From: Hemiscyllium ocellatum
Taxonomy: Eukaryota
Assembly (NCBI RefSeq): GCF_020745735.1
Contig: NW_026867487.1
Coordinates: 3,596,001 to 3,660,000, forward strand
Length of the DNA stretch: 64,000 bases
Reading direction: 5' to 3'
The position numbers were made by a program, and so were the translations under genes. The notes below the pieces were generated by a model. That model was given only the letters and a program-made list of their open reading frames with translations, was not told the DNA's origin and made no database searches. Below, one piece after another: positions 11,181-24,520 of this stretch; position 1 is the first letter of the stretch; every line of letters starts with the position of its first letter.

Positions 11181-12129
11181 GTAATTATTGATGCGCAAAA
11201 ACCATTATTGAATTCGTGTGTTTATTTTTTAAAACGCCCCAGAAAATGTTGCATCTTCTCTTTACAGATTCATTTTCATTTTGGCTAAATATTCATTGCT
11301 ACCTGAGTGTAAGTGACCTGAACCAGAAACCTATTACTTTTGAGTGTATTATCTTGTTAATCAGTAAATTAAAATCCATTTTTCATACTGATATTATGGA
11401 GTGTCTCAAGATATTCCCTATCATGCTGAATGTCCTTTGTAAGAAAAAAGCTATTTGAATTGCTGAAATATGCATCGCAAAGTATGAAAATCCATCAGCA
11501 TTGGGCTTTACTATAAGTGATTACAATGCATTCAAATCTATTTAATTTGCAGGGAAAAGGCAAACCTTTATGCAGCAAGAGAACGTGCTGGTTGCACACT
11601 GGAGATGTCACTGACAGCTTTAACTTACAATTTCAATATGCCAACTTGTGCGGTGTAAATTTAGGTAAGCTGCAGTGGAGGTCACGGCATGCATTGGAAG
11701 CTATGAAGCAAAATCTTACCTAGTTTAGTTATGTCCTGCAGGGACGGAAATCTATCGTCTTTGCCTGTTCTGTCCTTCGTGGAACTCAAAACACACAAAA
11801 ATATTGGTGACTCTTAATTGCATCCCGAAATGGCCGAGAAAGAAATTTTATAGGCAATTAATGACGATCTTGCCACAGAATGCATTGCAATGTTTCTAAC
11901 TGATGATGCACTATTGCTTGCTCTAATAGACTTTAAACATTCGATTTTATTTTCAGAAAATAGATTGTTGTCATTAGCAGGCTATTGCTGTCTCTGGAAA
12001 AAAAAAAGGTATTGTTGCTAATTTCCAATTAACAATTTACAAAGTATATTTCTTCAGCGATTGCATTACGCCATGGAGAATCTTGTTTAGGAACTTTATC
12101 ACACACATTTTATCACAGCACAAAGTGGA

Positions 12130-12420
12130 CATTTCGCATGAGACAACCAGAGGTTTGACCAAAGATATAGATTAGAAGAATGTTCTGAAGAAGAAAGGGG
12201 GAAACAATGTAAATTCAGACTGGGAATTCACGAGATTGGAGTTCAATAGGTGAAGGCACAACTGCCACGGATGGATCATTAATACCAGGGATGCATAGCA
12301 CGGAGGCATTGCTGGTGCACGGATATTTCAAGTAACTTATAGCAGTTGCCAGAGCTGGATTGGTATAGAGTTGGATGATTTGACCTTAAATGGACGAGAT
12401 TATTAAAGCCAGACAATTGC
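12130..12420 (-). mobile_element. Old L2-like LINE 3' fragment in the GPCR gene 1 intron
   Basis: By-eye similarity to a recalled shark L2 3' consensus (gggaattc...gtgaaggcac...cagggatgca). Confidence 0.4.
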
Positions 12421-12763
12421 TGGGAAGGGCGAAAATGCCAAACAGCGAGAATAGTTTTGTTGATTGGGTGGAAATTGTTGTGCTTAAAAGCTTCGACAAC
12501 AATTGTTTCCACTGAGCTGAATTGGAATGGCATGGATGGACTTCGTGGCCAGAACTCAGACTTTGTAATGGGTTGTATTAGAGTCGTGGATTAGCAAATG
12601 CTTAAATTAACATTGGGTGGTATCCAGTTTATGTTTATTTTCTACTGAACCGAGACAAAGCAAACAGGTCAAGAGTTTTATTCCATGTCAAATATTGGAT
12701 AAGAGAGTACTTTATGTTTCAAGTCCTGCACTCAATATTTCCCTTTTTGTTTCACTCTCATAG

Positions 12764-13734
12764 CCAACTTTGTGGCCATCGTAATTCTGTCCCGGGGACA
12801 GTGTGGACTTTCTCGGTGTGTGACTTATTATTTGATGGCAATTGCAGTGAGCGATTTCCTTGTGATTATCACTGGGTGCATTCTCAACCGAATTGCTCGC
12901 ATCTATTTTACCTACAGTGCATTGTCCACAACCACCGGCTGTTCTCTCAGCGCTGTGCTGGTTTACTTTAGCCGAGATGGTTCAGTATGGCTAACAGTGG
13001 CTTTCACCATTGACCGTTTTGTGTCTATCTGCTGCCAAAACCTGAAGACCAGATATTGCATCAAGAAAACAGCGTCGCTGGTAATAGGAATTGTCTGCCT
13101 GCTGAATGCTGTAAAGAACGTGCCTTTTTACTTTGTCTACAAACCTTTGTATATCGTGGATGGTGTGGCCTGGTTTTGTGATATCAAGTCTACGTATTAC
13201 AGCTCACTCGCTTGGCGGGTCTATGATTGGCTGGATCACATTTTAATTCCGTTTCTTCCTTTCTTCCTCATTCTACTGCTCAACATCCTGACAATTCGAC
13301 ACATCTTGGCAGGCAACCAAGTCCGCACAGACAATGAAAGAGACCCGGAGTTGGCCAGCCGCAAGAGGTCCATCACCCTGCTGTTCACCATCTCTCTCAG
13401 CTTCCTCATCCTATGGATCATACAAGTCATACATTTCCTCTATGTGCGTATTCCTGGAAAAGCGTACTTCGCTGGCTTGGATTTCAATGACCCTGATTAC
13501 ATCCTTCAAGAGGCGACTAACTTACTTCAGATAATCAGTTCCTGCAATAATGTCTTCATCTACACAATAGTCCAAAGGAAGTTTCGAAGGGAGTTGAAGA
13601 AGCTACTGATTTATCCGATTGACACTGTCACCAGTTTCGAGAAGTATCTCTCAAATCACTCGAAACGCCTTTTTGACATATTTCAGGCTGCCATCCCCAC
13701 CCATGCTATTTTGAACGTACTATATAGAAACTGA
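12764..13734 (+). CDS. GPR139-like: GPR139-like class A GPCR gene 1, exon 2; join(11111..11180,12764..13734) = 346 aa
   Basis: Acceptor ...ctctcatAG at 12762-12763. Open frame with seven hydrophobic segments, ANFVAIVIL (TM1), LMAIAVSD (TM2), SVWLTVAFTIDRF (TM3; cf. GPR139 SIWITVPLTIDRY) and ECL2 WFC. Joined length is 1041 nt = 347 codons including the stop. Confidence 0.93.
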
Positions 13735-16123
13735 AAGAAGGAAGTCACTGTCTTCCCGAATGAGATGCCCAACGTCTGAGGTTAAAAAAAACTTTCATTG
13801 TCTCAAAATGAAACAAGAGTCGACCCAGGGTTATTGGCCAATATTTAATTTTCGCTTACTTGATTGACTAATTTTATGGTATTCTGTGCTTGGCACTTTA
13901 TGTGTACGTTTACTGCAACGCAACAGAAAATCATTTAATTGTTTGCAAATGCTTTGAGATGCCATGACCACTTAAAACAGACAGAATTTTTTTTCCTTTC
14001 TTAGAGTTCCCCATTCCAAATTGCTCTTAAAAGGGCAATATTGCACGGTCTTCATAGAGCAATTTTAAGGTCTTATGACATTGTTGTGCATATGTTGACA
14101 AGACATGGTTAGTCTTGAACATGAGATTCCCGAAGCGGCATTCGAAAATCATATGGTGATTGTGCGGTTAACATTCCAGTGACTATTCCAATTCAACATT
14201 TACTGATTGGAAATCAAATTCTACAGCTGTCATATTGGAATTCTAGGTAATGTCTCCCCAAAATAAGTGGTATCATCGCTGCACCAAATTGTACCCTATT
14301 CCACTTTTCCCTCCGGAAAATAAATGTAATTTGACTAATGTCTCCTCAGCATAGTTTGACCTGATTACTTTTTAGGAGGTGTTCTTTAATGCACTCCCCT
14401 GGTTTAATATATCATAATCATTCAGATCCGGTTACTGTTCAATGTTGACCTGCCGTTTCCAGTCCCGCTGTACGTCTCGATTTTTCATACTGTGGCTCTT
14501 TGCATTTCATTCGTCTGTCAACTTGTTTCAAACCATGTCAGTTTTTACATTAATACAAATTACAATCGTTTAGTGGCAGCAATCATCTCTCACTCTTCCA
14601 GGGAAGCAGATGTTGTTTTCACTCCAAATGCCATAATTGTGAGGTTCACAAAAGTGGCATAGGAAAAATTCAGTTTGACCACAGCGGCACTTCCAGAGAA
14701 ATTGAGATCGAGACTTTACACAAGAAATCAGCAACGTGTAACAACAATTCTGGTGAATATGAATCTCAATCGATTGAAACTGAGATTACGAGACTGAAAG
14801 ACTAAAATTTAGCGAGCTTGTTTTAGTAAATGCAAAGTTAGAATCGCAGAGAGAAATAAATGTTTGAATTCAGCGGCAGACTATAAATTAGGTCCCAAAC
14901 TGGCAGGCCCCGGCGCTCTCTGTTCAATCAAAGCCAGTATCCATAGCTTCTACTTCTTTCCTTGATTCCTCACCAACATTGCCTTACATTTCCCTCCACA
15001 TTTTCTGCTAAATTGTTTTATCAGCCTGCTCTCATAAACCCATTTTCAAAAGTGATTCCCTTTAATATTGAAGAGGATTATAATTACAAACGGGACAAAT
15101 AAACAGATTATTTTCTAACACAAATGCCACCTTGCTCAATTTGTTGTTTCGAATTCAATTTTTTTGTAATCAAATGAGCGAATTACGTTGGGACAAAAAT
15201 TGCAAAAGCGAAATTCATTTATCATACTCACAAATGTTGTTCCTGGCTGGATGCCAGAGATGGATACCGTCATTACTCGGAGGCTGAAGTGAATATAGAA
15301 TGTGCCTTGGAAGTATCAAAACATTTTATAAGAAGAATCTTATTGAAATCAAAATGTTAACTCTGTTTGTCTCTCCGCGAATACTATGATAAATACAATG
15401 TCTCTCTGTCATTGTTTGTTTCTGTTTCTGATTTCCAGCATCCAAGCTAATTTTCTTTTGAATTAACATTCACATTGAACCTTAAAGTGACGTTTGGTAC
15501 ATTTTAAAAATGTGTGTTGCTCGTTCACAATTCTGTTGCAAATATTAACACTTTCTGTTCGCTTCACGTCCAATCTAACTTGACCTTTCTTAAGAACATC
15601 TTTTCGCAAAAATAGTTGCTTTCGTAAATAGTCTGTTAATTTAATATTCATGCCTTACACATTCCCTCATTTGCTCAGAACGCTGTCATGTTAGAAGAAA
15701 GCCTGCTGTGATGTGAGATTTCAATTTTGCCACCTGAGTTTAAGCATCAAACTGAAGTGTGGTAATAAATTGATCCTGGAGTCTGTAGTCCCGAATGCTG
15801 CCAACACTGTATTTTTTTTAAAAATTATTTGATTCTAACTCCGACATTTCTGTTTTTGTAGGAGTAATTAGACGTACCACAAATCAAGCAGTCATGGCTC
15901 GGGTAGAATGGGGTGACCACGGTATTTTGCTTTCGTGGCAGATGCATCATTTGCTGAACCAAAATGTGTGCGCATGTCGGCATTAAAATTGTGACCAAGT
16001 GGTGGAATATATTTGATTGACCCCACACATGTATGAATCCTGCCAAATGTGCTCAAATACATACCTTTTATGTTTTTAAAAGATGTGCTTATGCATAGTT
16101 GGCACGTGCAAAAATGTCCTCAG

Positions 16124-16124
<1 letters not shown>

Positions 16125-16159
<35 letters not shown>
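16125..16159. repeat. (AC)n microsatellite
   Basis: Pure AC run read directly. Confidence 0.97.
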
Positions 16160-16161
<2 letters not shown>

Positions 16162-17349
16162 CATGCCCGCGTGCGCACACACGCAGTTTTTATGATTAAC
16201 TTCTATTGATCAAGCATTAAACAGATCGTCTGAGAGAACAGAACATTTCACCGACTTAGAATGCATGTTTGCATCCTTCTGCAGATACCAATTTACTTTG
16301 GTTTCATCGAGATGAAGATCTTTCTTCCATTGCAAAATATTTATGCTATTTGAACAACTCCCGACTGACCAGATCAAACTTCCTTAAAATATAGTAAAAG
16401 AATAGCTTACACAGGAACATTATCTTATTTTAAAGGCTAGTAAGACGAGTTGCTTTACAGGCGTAACTCGATTTATAAAGCTGCCAGCTTTGATACAAAG
16501 CACACCCTATTAAGACACGATAGTTGAAAAACCTCAAAATAAAGAAGAAATCCGAATCTTTTTAAACTCGATTAAAACTTAACAGAATAATAGATTATTT
16601 TAAGGAAAAACCAGCTCTTCCAATATAGTAACACCCAATCAACTCACTCTTGGCTCAGGGAAATTCAGTTAAATAGTTTGTCTCACATGCAGTTTTACAG
16701 TCCAGGAGGAAAGTACACCAAGATACATTTCTGAGACTTAGAGCGTAGCAGGGAGAGAAGCACTCCAATGTCCAAGCGCAGCTTCAATGACGCAGCTATT
16801 GCTTAGCAAAAACTAACAATCCTGGCTCTGTGGGAGGTTGCCACTCCCCGTTCAGGCTGGTTGTATTGTTCAAAATTTAAGAAAAAGAAGTAATGTTCTG
16901 TGACTGAATGGTTAGGCATCTCTATCACAACCGTTCTACATAAAAAGAGCAGAACAAAATACGCAATTTAAAGCCACACGATCACCACAACTAGCTCTTT
17001 AAAACATGAAACGTCATTCAGTGGAGATGGCTTCAGTTTTAAAAGTCTTTTGTGTTACTTTATCAGTACATTATAATACATTTCCATCAGGTTGACTCTA
17101 AACGTGCAAACATTCACTACCATGATTCATTTAGGGCCATTTTGTTTCTTGCCACTAATAGACTCCCACTTCCTTCGTCAAAATTATGACAAGGTGTCTG
17201 CAATTACGTTCGCTTCTAATGCCACATGCATAAGTTTCAAACTGAATGGTATCAGTAATAAGTTCCATCTAGACAGTTAGGAATTTCTGCTCCTAATTTT
17301 CTTTCCAAAGTCTTTAATTGGTTATGCAACTATCTCGTAAACATTACTT

Positions 17350-18440
17350 AGGGTCATACAGTCATAGAGATGTACAGCAGGGAAAAGGATCTCGGTCCAA
17401 CTTCTCCATGCCGGCCAGATATCCCATCCAACCTAGTCCCACCTGCCAGCACCTGGCTCATATCCCTCGAAACCCTTCCTGTTCATATACAGGCCCAGTT
17501 TTGCTTTCAATGTTGCAAACGTACTGGCCTCCACCACTTCCTCTGGCATCTCATTCCATACACATGCTACCCTCTACGTGAAAAGGTTGTCCCTTAGGAC
17601 TCTTTTATATCTTTGCCCTCTCACCCTAAACTTCCAGGTGTGGATTCCCTCACCTCAACAAAAACAAAGTCTACTTATCCTATCCATGGTCCCCATGATT
17701 TAGTAAACCTTTATTAGGTCACCCTCAGCCTCCAACGCACCAGGGAAAACAGCCCTAGCGTATTCAACCTCTCCCTGTAACTCAGATCCTCCAATCCTGG
17801 CAACCACCTTATAAATCTTTTCTGAACCCTTTCAAGATTCACAACATCATTCTGTTAAGAAGGAAACGAGAATTGCACGCAATATTCCAACAGTGGTCTA
17901 ACCAAGTCTGTACAGCCGCAACATGATTTCCCAACTCCTATTCTGAATACTCTGACCAATAAAGGAAATCATAGCAAATGCCTTCTTCATTATCCTATCC
18001 ACCTGTCAATTCACTTTCAAGGAGATATGAACCTACGCTCTCAGGCCTCTTTGTTGAGCAACACTTCCTAGGACTTTATCATGAAGTGTTTCAGTCCTGC
18101 TTAGATTTGCTTTTCCAAAATGCAGCACCTCACATTTATCGAAATTAAACTCTATCTGCCATTTCTCAGCCCATTGGCCGACCTGATCAAGATTCGGTTG
18201 TAAGCTGAGACAACTTTCTTCGCTGTCCACTACACCTCCAATTTTGGTGCCATTTGCCAACTTACTAACCATTTCTCTTAAGCTCACATCCAAATCATTG
18301 ATATAAATGATGAAAATTAGGGGACAGAGCACCGATCTTTGTGGCACTCCACTGGTCACAGGACTCCAGTCTGAAAAACAACCCTCCACCCCCACCCTCT
18401 GTCTTCTATCTTTGAGCCAGTTCTGTACCCAAATGCTAGT
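17350..18440 (-). mobile_element. 5'-truncated younger CR1 LINE with 3' terminal (TCTATGAC)-type repeat
   Basis: Minus ORF WSPVTSGVPQRSVLCPLIFIIYINDLD...KLANGTKIGG...KWQIEFNFDKCEVLHFG; gtcatacagtcatagaga tail on +. Confidence 0.92.
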
Positions 18441-18479
18441 TCACCCTGTATTTCATGAAATCTAACCTTGCAATACAAT

Positions 18480-20100
18480 TTTTTTTATGCTGCAATGTGA
18501 ACACTATACTAAAGGTCTTCTTCTAAATCGTGTAATATTTCTGTTGATGGTTCTTGGAATTTTCCAGAGAAGTACCCAATAGGTCTTCTGTCTTCCTATC
18601 ATCATCTTGCAGGTGTGCAGCACCGGCACGCACATCAGTCTGACCGCAAGCCACCTTTAAAGGATTTGCATAATTAGTTGTGGCGATCTGGCTCTGTAGT
18701 TAACACAGATTTCAGGTTATTAAATGCCTTCTGACATCTCTCTGACCATTAAAATTTCTTCACTTCTTCAAAAAGTTAATCAGGTGTGCAGCCACTCTCC
18801 TAAAATTTATTATGCACTTCTGATAGAGTTCCATTTAGTCCCAGGAATAGGTGTACTTCCATCTTGGACAAAGGGTTATCAAATCACATGGGGCCATCAT
18901 CCAATGTCAAATGACATGGTCCACTAACGCGACATACGCTTTGAGTAATTAATATTAGCCAGGCTTAGCATCGAGTGAGCCTTCAAAAGTTGATCAATCA
19001 CCACATTGGCGATGTCGGCCACACAATTGGGTAATCCCGAAATGATTTTATTATGCAATCTTTATAATATAGCTGGCGTACTTTCCAAACCAAATGGCAT
19101 AACTTTAAACTGGTAGACCCATTTTGATGTCATAAAAAACAAAATTGCTTTTGCTATTTTGGATAAAGGTACTAGCCAATATTCTCTGAACAAGTCTATC
19201 TTCGAAATATAAATTGGCTTGTGTCATCTTCTTCAAACAATCCTCCAAACGTGGAAAAATGATATTAATTAGATTTTGTAACTACATCTACCTTTGAATA
19301 ATTCACGCATGATTGTTTTGTACTATATGGTTTTTTCATCAAACCCATACGTGAGCTCCATTCACTGCAGCTACCTTCTATTATATTGTCTTTGAGCATA
19401 CGTTCAATCGTTTTTACAGACGTCACCATGGCTCAGTGGTTAGCACAGTTGCCTCACAGCACCAGGGTTCTGGGTTAATTTCCCGATTATCTGCGTGGAG
19501 TTTGCACATTCTCCCTGTGTTAGCGTGGGTTTCCTCCGAGTGCTCCGGTTTCCACCCACAATCCAAGCATGTGCAGGTCAGGTGAATTGGCCATGATAGC
19601 GTTAGGTGCATTAGTCAGGGGTAAATATAGGGTAGGGGAATGGGTTTGCTTGGGTTTCTCTTTGGAGGGGCGTTGCGGACCTGTTGGTCCGAAGGGGCTG
19701 TTTCCACACTGTAGAGAATCTAATCTAATCTGTGCCAACTTTAGAGGATTAAGTCTATAAGTATCTTACTTAACTGGAACAACATTCCCTACATCTGCAT
19801 CAAGCAGAATTTTTTTGTTTTCTTGCTTGTTACTATCATCTTCCCACGTGATTGTAATGTCTTTTTCAGATCATTTCGATTTTCTTCTGGAAGGTAACAC
19901 AATTATTTGCCAAACATTTGAGACTTTCCTCTTTATGCAATTAAATCTGAGGAATGCCCAACTCAGAAACTTCTGAACTTTTTCTTCACTGTATTTAACA
20001 CCAATACAACACACTCTTCTTACTTTCCAGACGCATCAAAATACCTTTTGAGCATATTCACATGGCAAATACTGAGATTTCTTCCTATCTGGCCTACTGG
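18480..20100 (-). mobile_element. Ty3/Gypsy pol remnant (RT-RNase H), split by a SINE
   Basis: Minus 19212-19075 reads YISKIDLFREYWLVPLSKIAKAILFFMTSKWVYQFKVMPFGLESTP (Gypsy RT), followed by a decayed YIDD context (NCVADIANVVI) and RPIGYFS (RNase H). Confidence 0.8.
19419..19731 (+). mobile_element. HE1-like SINE inserted in the Gypsy remnant
   Basis: tggctcagtggttagc A box, conserved body and tctaatctaatc tail. Confidence 0.9.
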
Positions 20101-20269
20101 CTAAATTTTGGAGCTCAGTCTATTCCATTTCAATTTTAATCGTTGATTTTAAAGGTTTACATAGGACTGGAAGTGGCCCTAGCTCTTTGTATTGCTATGG
20201 ACTAGATCAAAATATTCAAATCATTTTTAAGCAGGCAGCCAGAGAATTAACTCTGCAATTTATTTTGGT

Positions 20270-20843
20270 AAGTGTACTGCGAAAATTTCCCAGAGTAAAA
20301 TAGCTCTGTTATCTGCTACATTGCAAAACAGACTGCAGTTTTAATCACAAAAATACACAATGAAACGGGAAGAACAGAATAAAGAACCCCTGCAGAACCC
20401 AACCTATCCCGCTCGACTTAATTATGCTGTTTTGTAGATACACAACAGTTCCAATAAGCAAACTCCCTTTAAAAAGCAGAATAAATGGAACACATGTTTA
20501 CACGTTCACGTTGAAGGGCAGAAAAGGCAAAGAGTTTTCACACAGCTCCCTGTTGAACTTCTCAGTTCAAGACTGAACTGAAAACTGCTCAGCTCAGGTC
20601 AGCTCAGCTAACTAGAGAGCTGAACACTCCCGTCTCTTTATACACGTCACTTATAAAGCATGACCAATTTGGCCTAAAGTTTCATCTGTTTACATATAAG
20701 TGAAATCCTTTTCATCTCTGTCCCAAACTAGAGTAATCAGAGTCTGGCACGGTTTATTGCCCCTCTGAAAACTTCAAGGACAACGTCTCCTTGAGCCAAG
20801 GAAGAGCTTTTAAGAAAAAAAAAATGGGACAAGCTTTGTGACA
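20270..20843 (-). mobile_element. Probable 5' LTR of the Gypsy remnant
   Basis: Begins TGTCACA on minus at 20843, has a TATAAA-like site and lies 5' of pol in the same orientation. The inner boundary, PBS and TSD were not resolved. Confidence 0.45.
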
Positions 20844-21802
20844 GTCTCCATCAGCCAAAGTGCAAAGTTTTGATGGCTGATCAGCTTCCTATTTTATCCC
20901 ATGCTGTGCTACTTCCAAATGTGGTGTGACGTACTCACTCAGTCTACTTTATATTTCGGTTAAATTTCAAACTTCGTCCAGATATGTGGTCCCTGAACTC
21001 TGACTCACTATTTTCTCCTTAATTAGTTTCAGTTTGCCTCTCATCTCATGCCCCACACCTAATACAAATGAACTGAATTAACGTGATTCTGTCGGTTCTT
21101 GCCTAATTGTAAGAAGTACAAATCGGATTCCATACCTCTAGTTCACTTTAACGTTTTGACTAAAGGCCCTCATCATTGTCTTCAACGTTTTATGCCACCG
21201 TTCCTCTGTTCCAAACTAATCTGGATGCTATGCAGTGGATTTCTTGCTTTATTCCTAAGCTTTTCATAAATTCCTTGACAGAAACTGAGTGGAACATTTG
21301 ACCCTCTGTCTGCTTCCAACTGTGTGGGTTGTCTGGACCTAGTAAAGAAATTGAGTAACTGTTCGACAATTCAGAAAGCCATAATACTTTGTAATAGACT
21401 TACCTCTGAAAATCTAATATTCATTATGTTCAACAAATACCGGTTCGCACATTTTATTTCTGATAGACATCCAATGCAATCGGTTCAGATTCTTCTAAAA
21501 TGTTACTGAAATGGGAGGGCATTGGAGTTAACAATGTCTGCGGTTTTCTAATGATCTGAATAGCCAGCGAGATTCAGCCATACTTTTTTTTGTAGCACAG
21601 GGGAATAAAAACGATTTTTTTTTGCATTTTGGCTTGAGGTTTTCTCCTCACAACTGGACTCTGCTTGTTAATTCATGTACTACATGAAATAAAATCCTTT
21701 TGAAATCCTGTCAGTGATGGATGAATGCCTGCCCAACTCTAATCCCCCTGAACATGTGATCGTCTCAATTTCCTCATCAAAACTGTATTTTTGAATAGTA
21801 AC

Positions 21803-22032
21803 TGAAATGCCTCTATGAAAGCTCACGTCACCAAACCACGTTTTATTCGCATGTGCACAGTATATGACACTGATCCAATTAAGACAGAGCCGGCTCTTGG
21901 AGTGAACAGGATCTCTTAAATGACTGTATATATCTGCCAGGCAAGTTTCCTTGATTAAATCAGATTGCCAGCCGATTCACGGAACTCATATTCTACGGAA
22001 TCCATCTGACTGACCTCGTTCCAATCACCACA
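21803..22032 (-). mobile_element. Solo LTR, 230 bp
   Basis: TG...CA termini flanked by GTAAC (21798-21802) and GTAAG (22033-22037). On minus, TATATA at 21927-21933 precedes AATAAA at 21847-21842. Confidence 0.75.
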
Positions 22033-23274
22033 GTAAGTTTCAGGGATTGTATCAGATTCCTTTTCTATCTTTGCTTTTGAGACGACTGTTTAAGTTTTTC
22101 ATTTCTTCCGGTGTATTTCAGCTAATTTCTCCGAAACAGATATGTCCATTTGTCTTCTGCAAACTTTGGTTCTCTTCTTCTCTCATGCATTTGATCCAAC
22201 AATGTTCCTGATAACCGACCTTCAATTTTCTTATGTTTATTTCTTTTTTTCTCCTCTTGTTTCAATCTGTGGCTTTGTGACTTTGTAACCACGCAGCCAG
22301 AAGAAATCCCAAAATATACCTCCTGTACACATCAGTTGCCTAACCTCTCAATGGCTTTTCAACCGTAGTAGACATCACTCCCATTTGTGATCCAACTATA
22401 TTGTCAAGGATAAGCAGTGTTTCGGGAAAAGAGAACTGCTCTATCATTCCTGCAAACACTTCAGCACTTTTCACCAGAATCTCCAAATACAATATTCCAT
22501 GCATTACCACCTTATTCAGCAATGCTTTGTCTGAGTTACAAATCGCCTCATCTTTCACCATCAAAGAGTGACTTGATACTTTTTAAAAAAGTATGTCCTT
22601 TACCTGCTGCTCCTGGTATATGCGAGTAAACCTTACCCAGAAAAATAACTTAATTAAAGAGATCTCGCACTTTCTTCTCAAATCAACTATTGTCACGTCG
22701 TACATTCTCTTGCAGCTTTTTAGCTTCCACTGTATGTACATTTCATATTTCAACAGAAATCACTGGCTTATCTTGTTTTCACACATCCGTCTTCCTGGTG
22801 GTTTTTCTAAACCACGAACACTGAAAACAACTGATTTTTAAAAAAATCTCTGTCCTTTCAACGGTTTTCATTTTATCCCTGTATTTAAATTCACCTACTG
22901 TGTGCAATGAGATCTGATTTTCGTTTATCACCTGATGTTTTTACCTTTGACTCAAGGTTTCACTCACAAATTGTATGTGATGTCAGAAGGCAAACTTTGA
23001 TATATGAACTAACTTTTTATCACTTGCTATCTCTGCATTTCCATAACTATACTTACAATTCTCATCCTCCACCACTCTGTCTGATGTGTCGCTACTTCTG
23101 GAAGTGATTTCTCAAGGTCCTCCAAAATAGTTGCCTCCAGAAAAACGTCTTATGCTTAATTTATTTTTAATATCTTTATCGAAATGTCAATTTTTGTTTT
23201 CGGTGGAACCCTTCAAACTCAATGTACTTTTTACCAAGCTCCCGCCATAGATTCCTAAAACATGCTTGCTCGAG

Positions 23275-23510
23275 CACAGCACAGTAGATCAGTGTTTTTC
23301 ACTGCTGCATTCACAGCACCGGGGTCTTGGCTTGATTCCACTTTCATGCGACTGTCTGTCCGTCGTTTGTGCATTATTTGAATCCTTGCATGGATTTCTG
23401 CTGCGTTTCCTGGTTTAGTCTCTGAGTCCAAAGATGTGTAAGTTAGGTAAATTAGATATGTTAAATAGCCTTCAGTCTACAGTGATGTGCAGGCTCGGTA
23501 ATTTAGTTAT
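23275..23510 (+). mobile_element. Old, diverged HE1-like SINE
   Basis: gcacagtagatcagtg...cacagcaccggggtc...gcgactgtctgt...tccaaagatgtg matches the SINE body with many substitutions. Confidence 0.6.
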
Positions 23511-23519
23511 GAAGTATAG

Positions 23520-24060
23520 GAGCTGGAACATCATTTTGAGATGTACTGTATGTTGGTGAGACTTCATTTCGAGAAATGTATTCAGTTCTTGTCACTCTAC
23601 GACAGAAAGGATGCTATTAACTTGGAAAGGATTCCGAAAATATTTACCAGGCTGCTGCCTGGACTGAAGTGTTTGATTGGTAAGGCGAGGCTGGATAGAC
23701 TGGGGCATTTTCCAGTTTAGAATAGGGGGATTAGGTGCATAAAATCTTGAGGGGTGTTGATTAATTGAATACCAGAAGTATTTCCCGAGGGTGTGCGAGT
23801 TTAAAACTAATGTGCATAATTTTAAGATAAGAGGAGGTAGCTTGCAAAGGGACCTGAGGGAATGCTGTCATGGAGAAAATGGGGCACATGAGGAATTCAC
23901 TGCCAGAGGGAGAGGTCGATGCAGGTATAAACGCAGTATAAGAAAGAATACATAGGCTCATTATAGGAAAGCTGCAGGGGATATGGGTCAAATGCAAGTA
24001 AGTGGCAGTCGTATACTTTGAGAAGCCTGTTTGGCATGGATGATTTCGACGAAAGGATCT
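23520..24060 (+). mobile_element. Degenerate CR1 3' fragment
   Basis: LVRLHFEKCIQFLS...RKDAINLERIPKIFTRLLPGL, matching the CR1 C-terminus. Confidence 0.75.
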
Positions 24061-24094
24061 TTCTCAAAGTTCAGTACCTGCATTGCTGTATGAC

Positions 24095-24520
24095 TCCATT
24101 ATGCCACTACAAAGTGACTCGCTTGATCACTCAATCCAGAAATTCTCACTCCATCCACAATGACATTCAGACGTTCATTATCAGCAGTATCCCATGTGCA
24201 ACAAGCACTGCAGAAGTTCTGCAATTATCCTGAGACTGCGTCTTCCCAAGCAATGGTCACCATGATCAGAAAGACAAGGGCATCAATTAGACGCTAACGT
24301 CATCACTTAAAAATTCTCTTCGAAACCTCTCACCAACCTGACTTGGAAACATATTGTCATTTGTTCAGTGTCCCTGGGTCAATGGCGTAAAATCTCTCCC
24401 TGACAGCAAAGAGACTCTACCTACACCATATGACCGGCAGAGCCTGAAGAATGTAACTCCTAACCACGTTCTTAAACTCAAGTACGTATGCGTAACAAAT
24501 TGTCACCTCAGCATCAATTC
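24095..24520 (+). mobile_element. CR1/L2-clade LINE 3' fragment (second family)
   Basis: ctcaccaacctgacttggaaacatattg...ctgggtcaa...ctccctgacagc; same family as the minus copies near 32200 and 44150. Confidence 0.55.
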
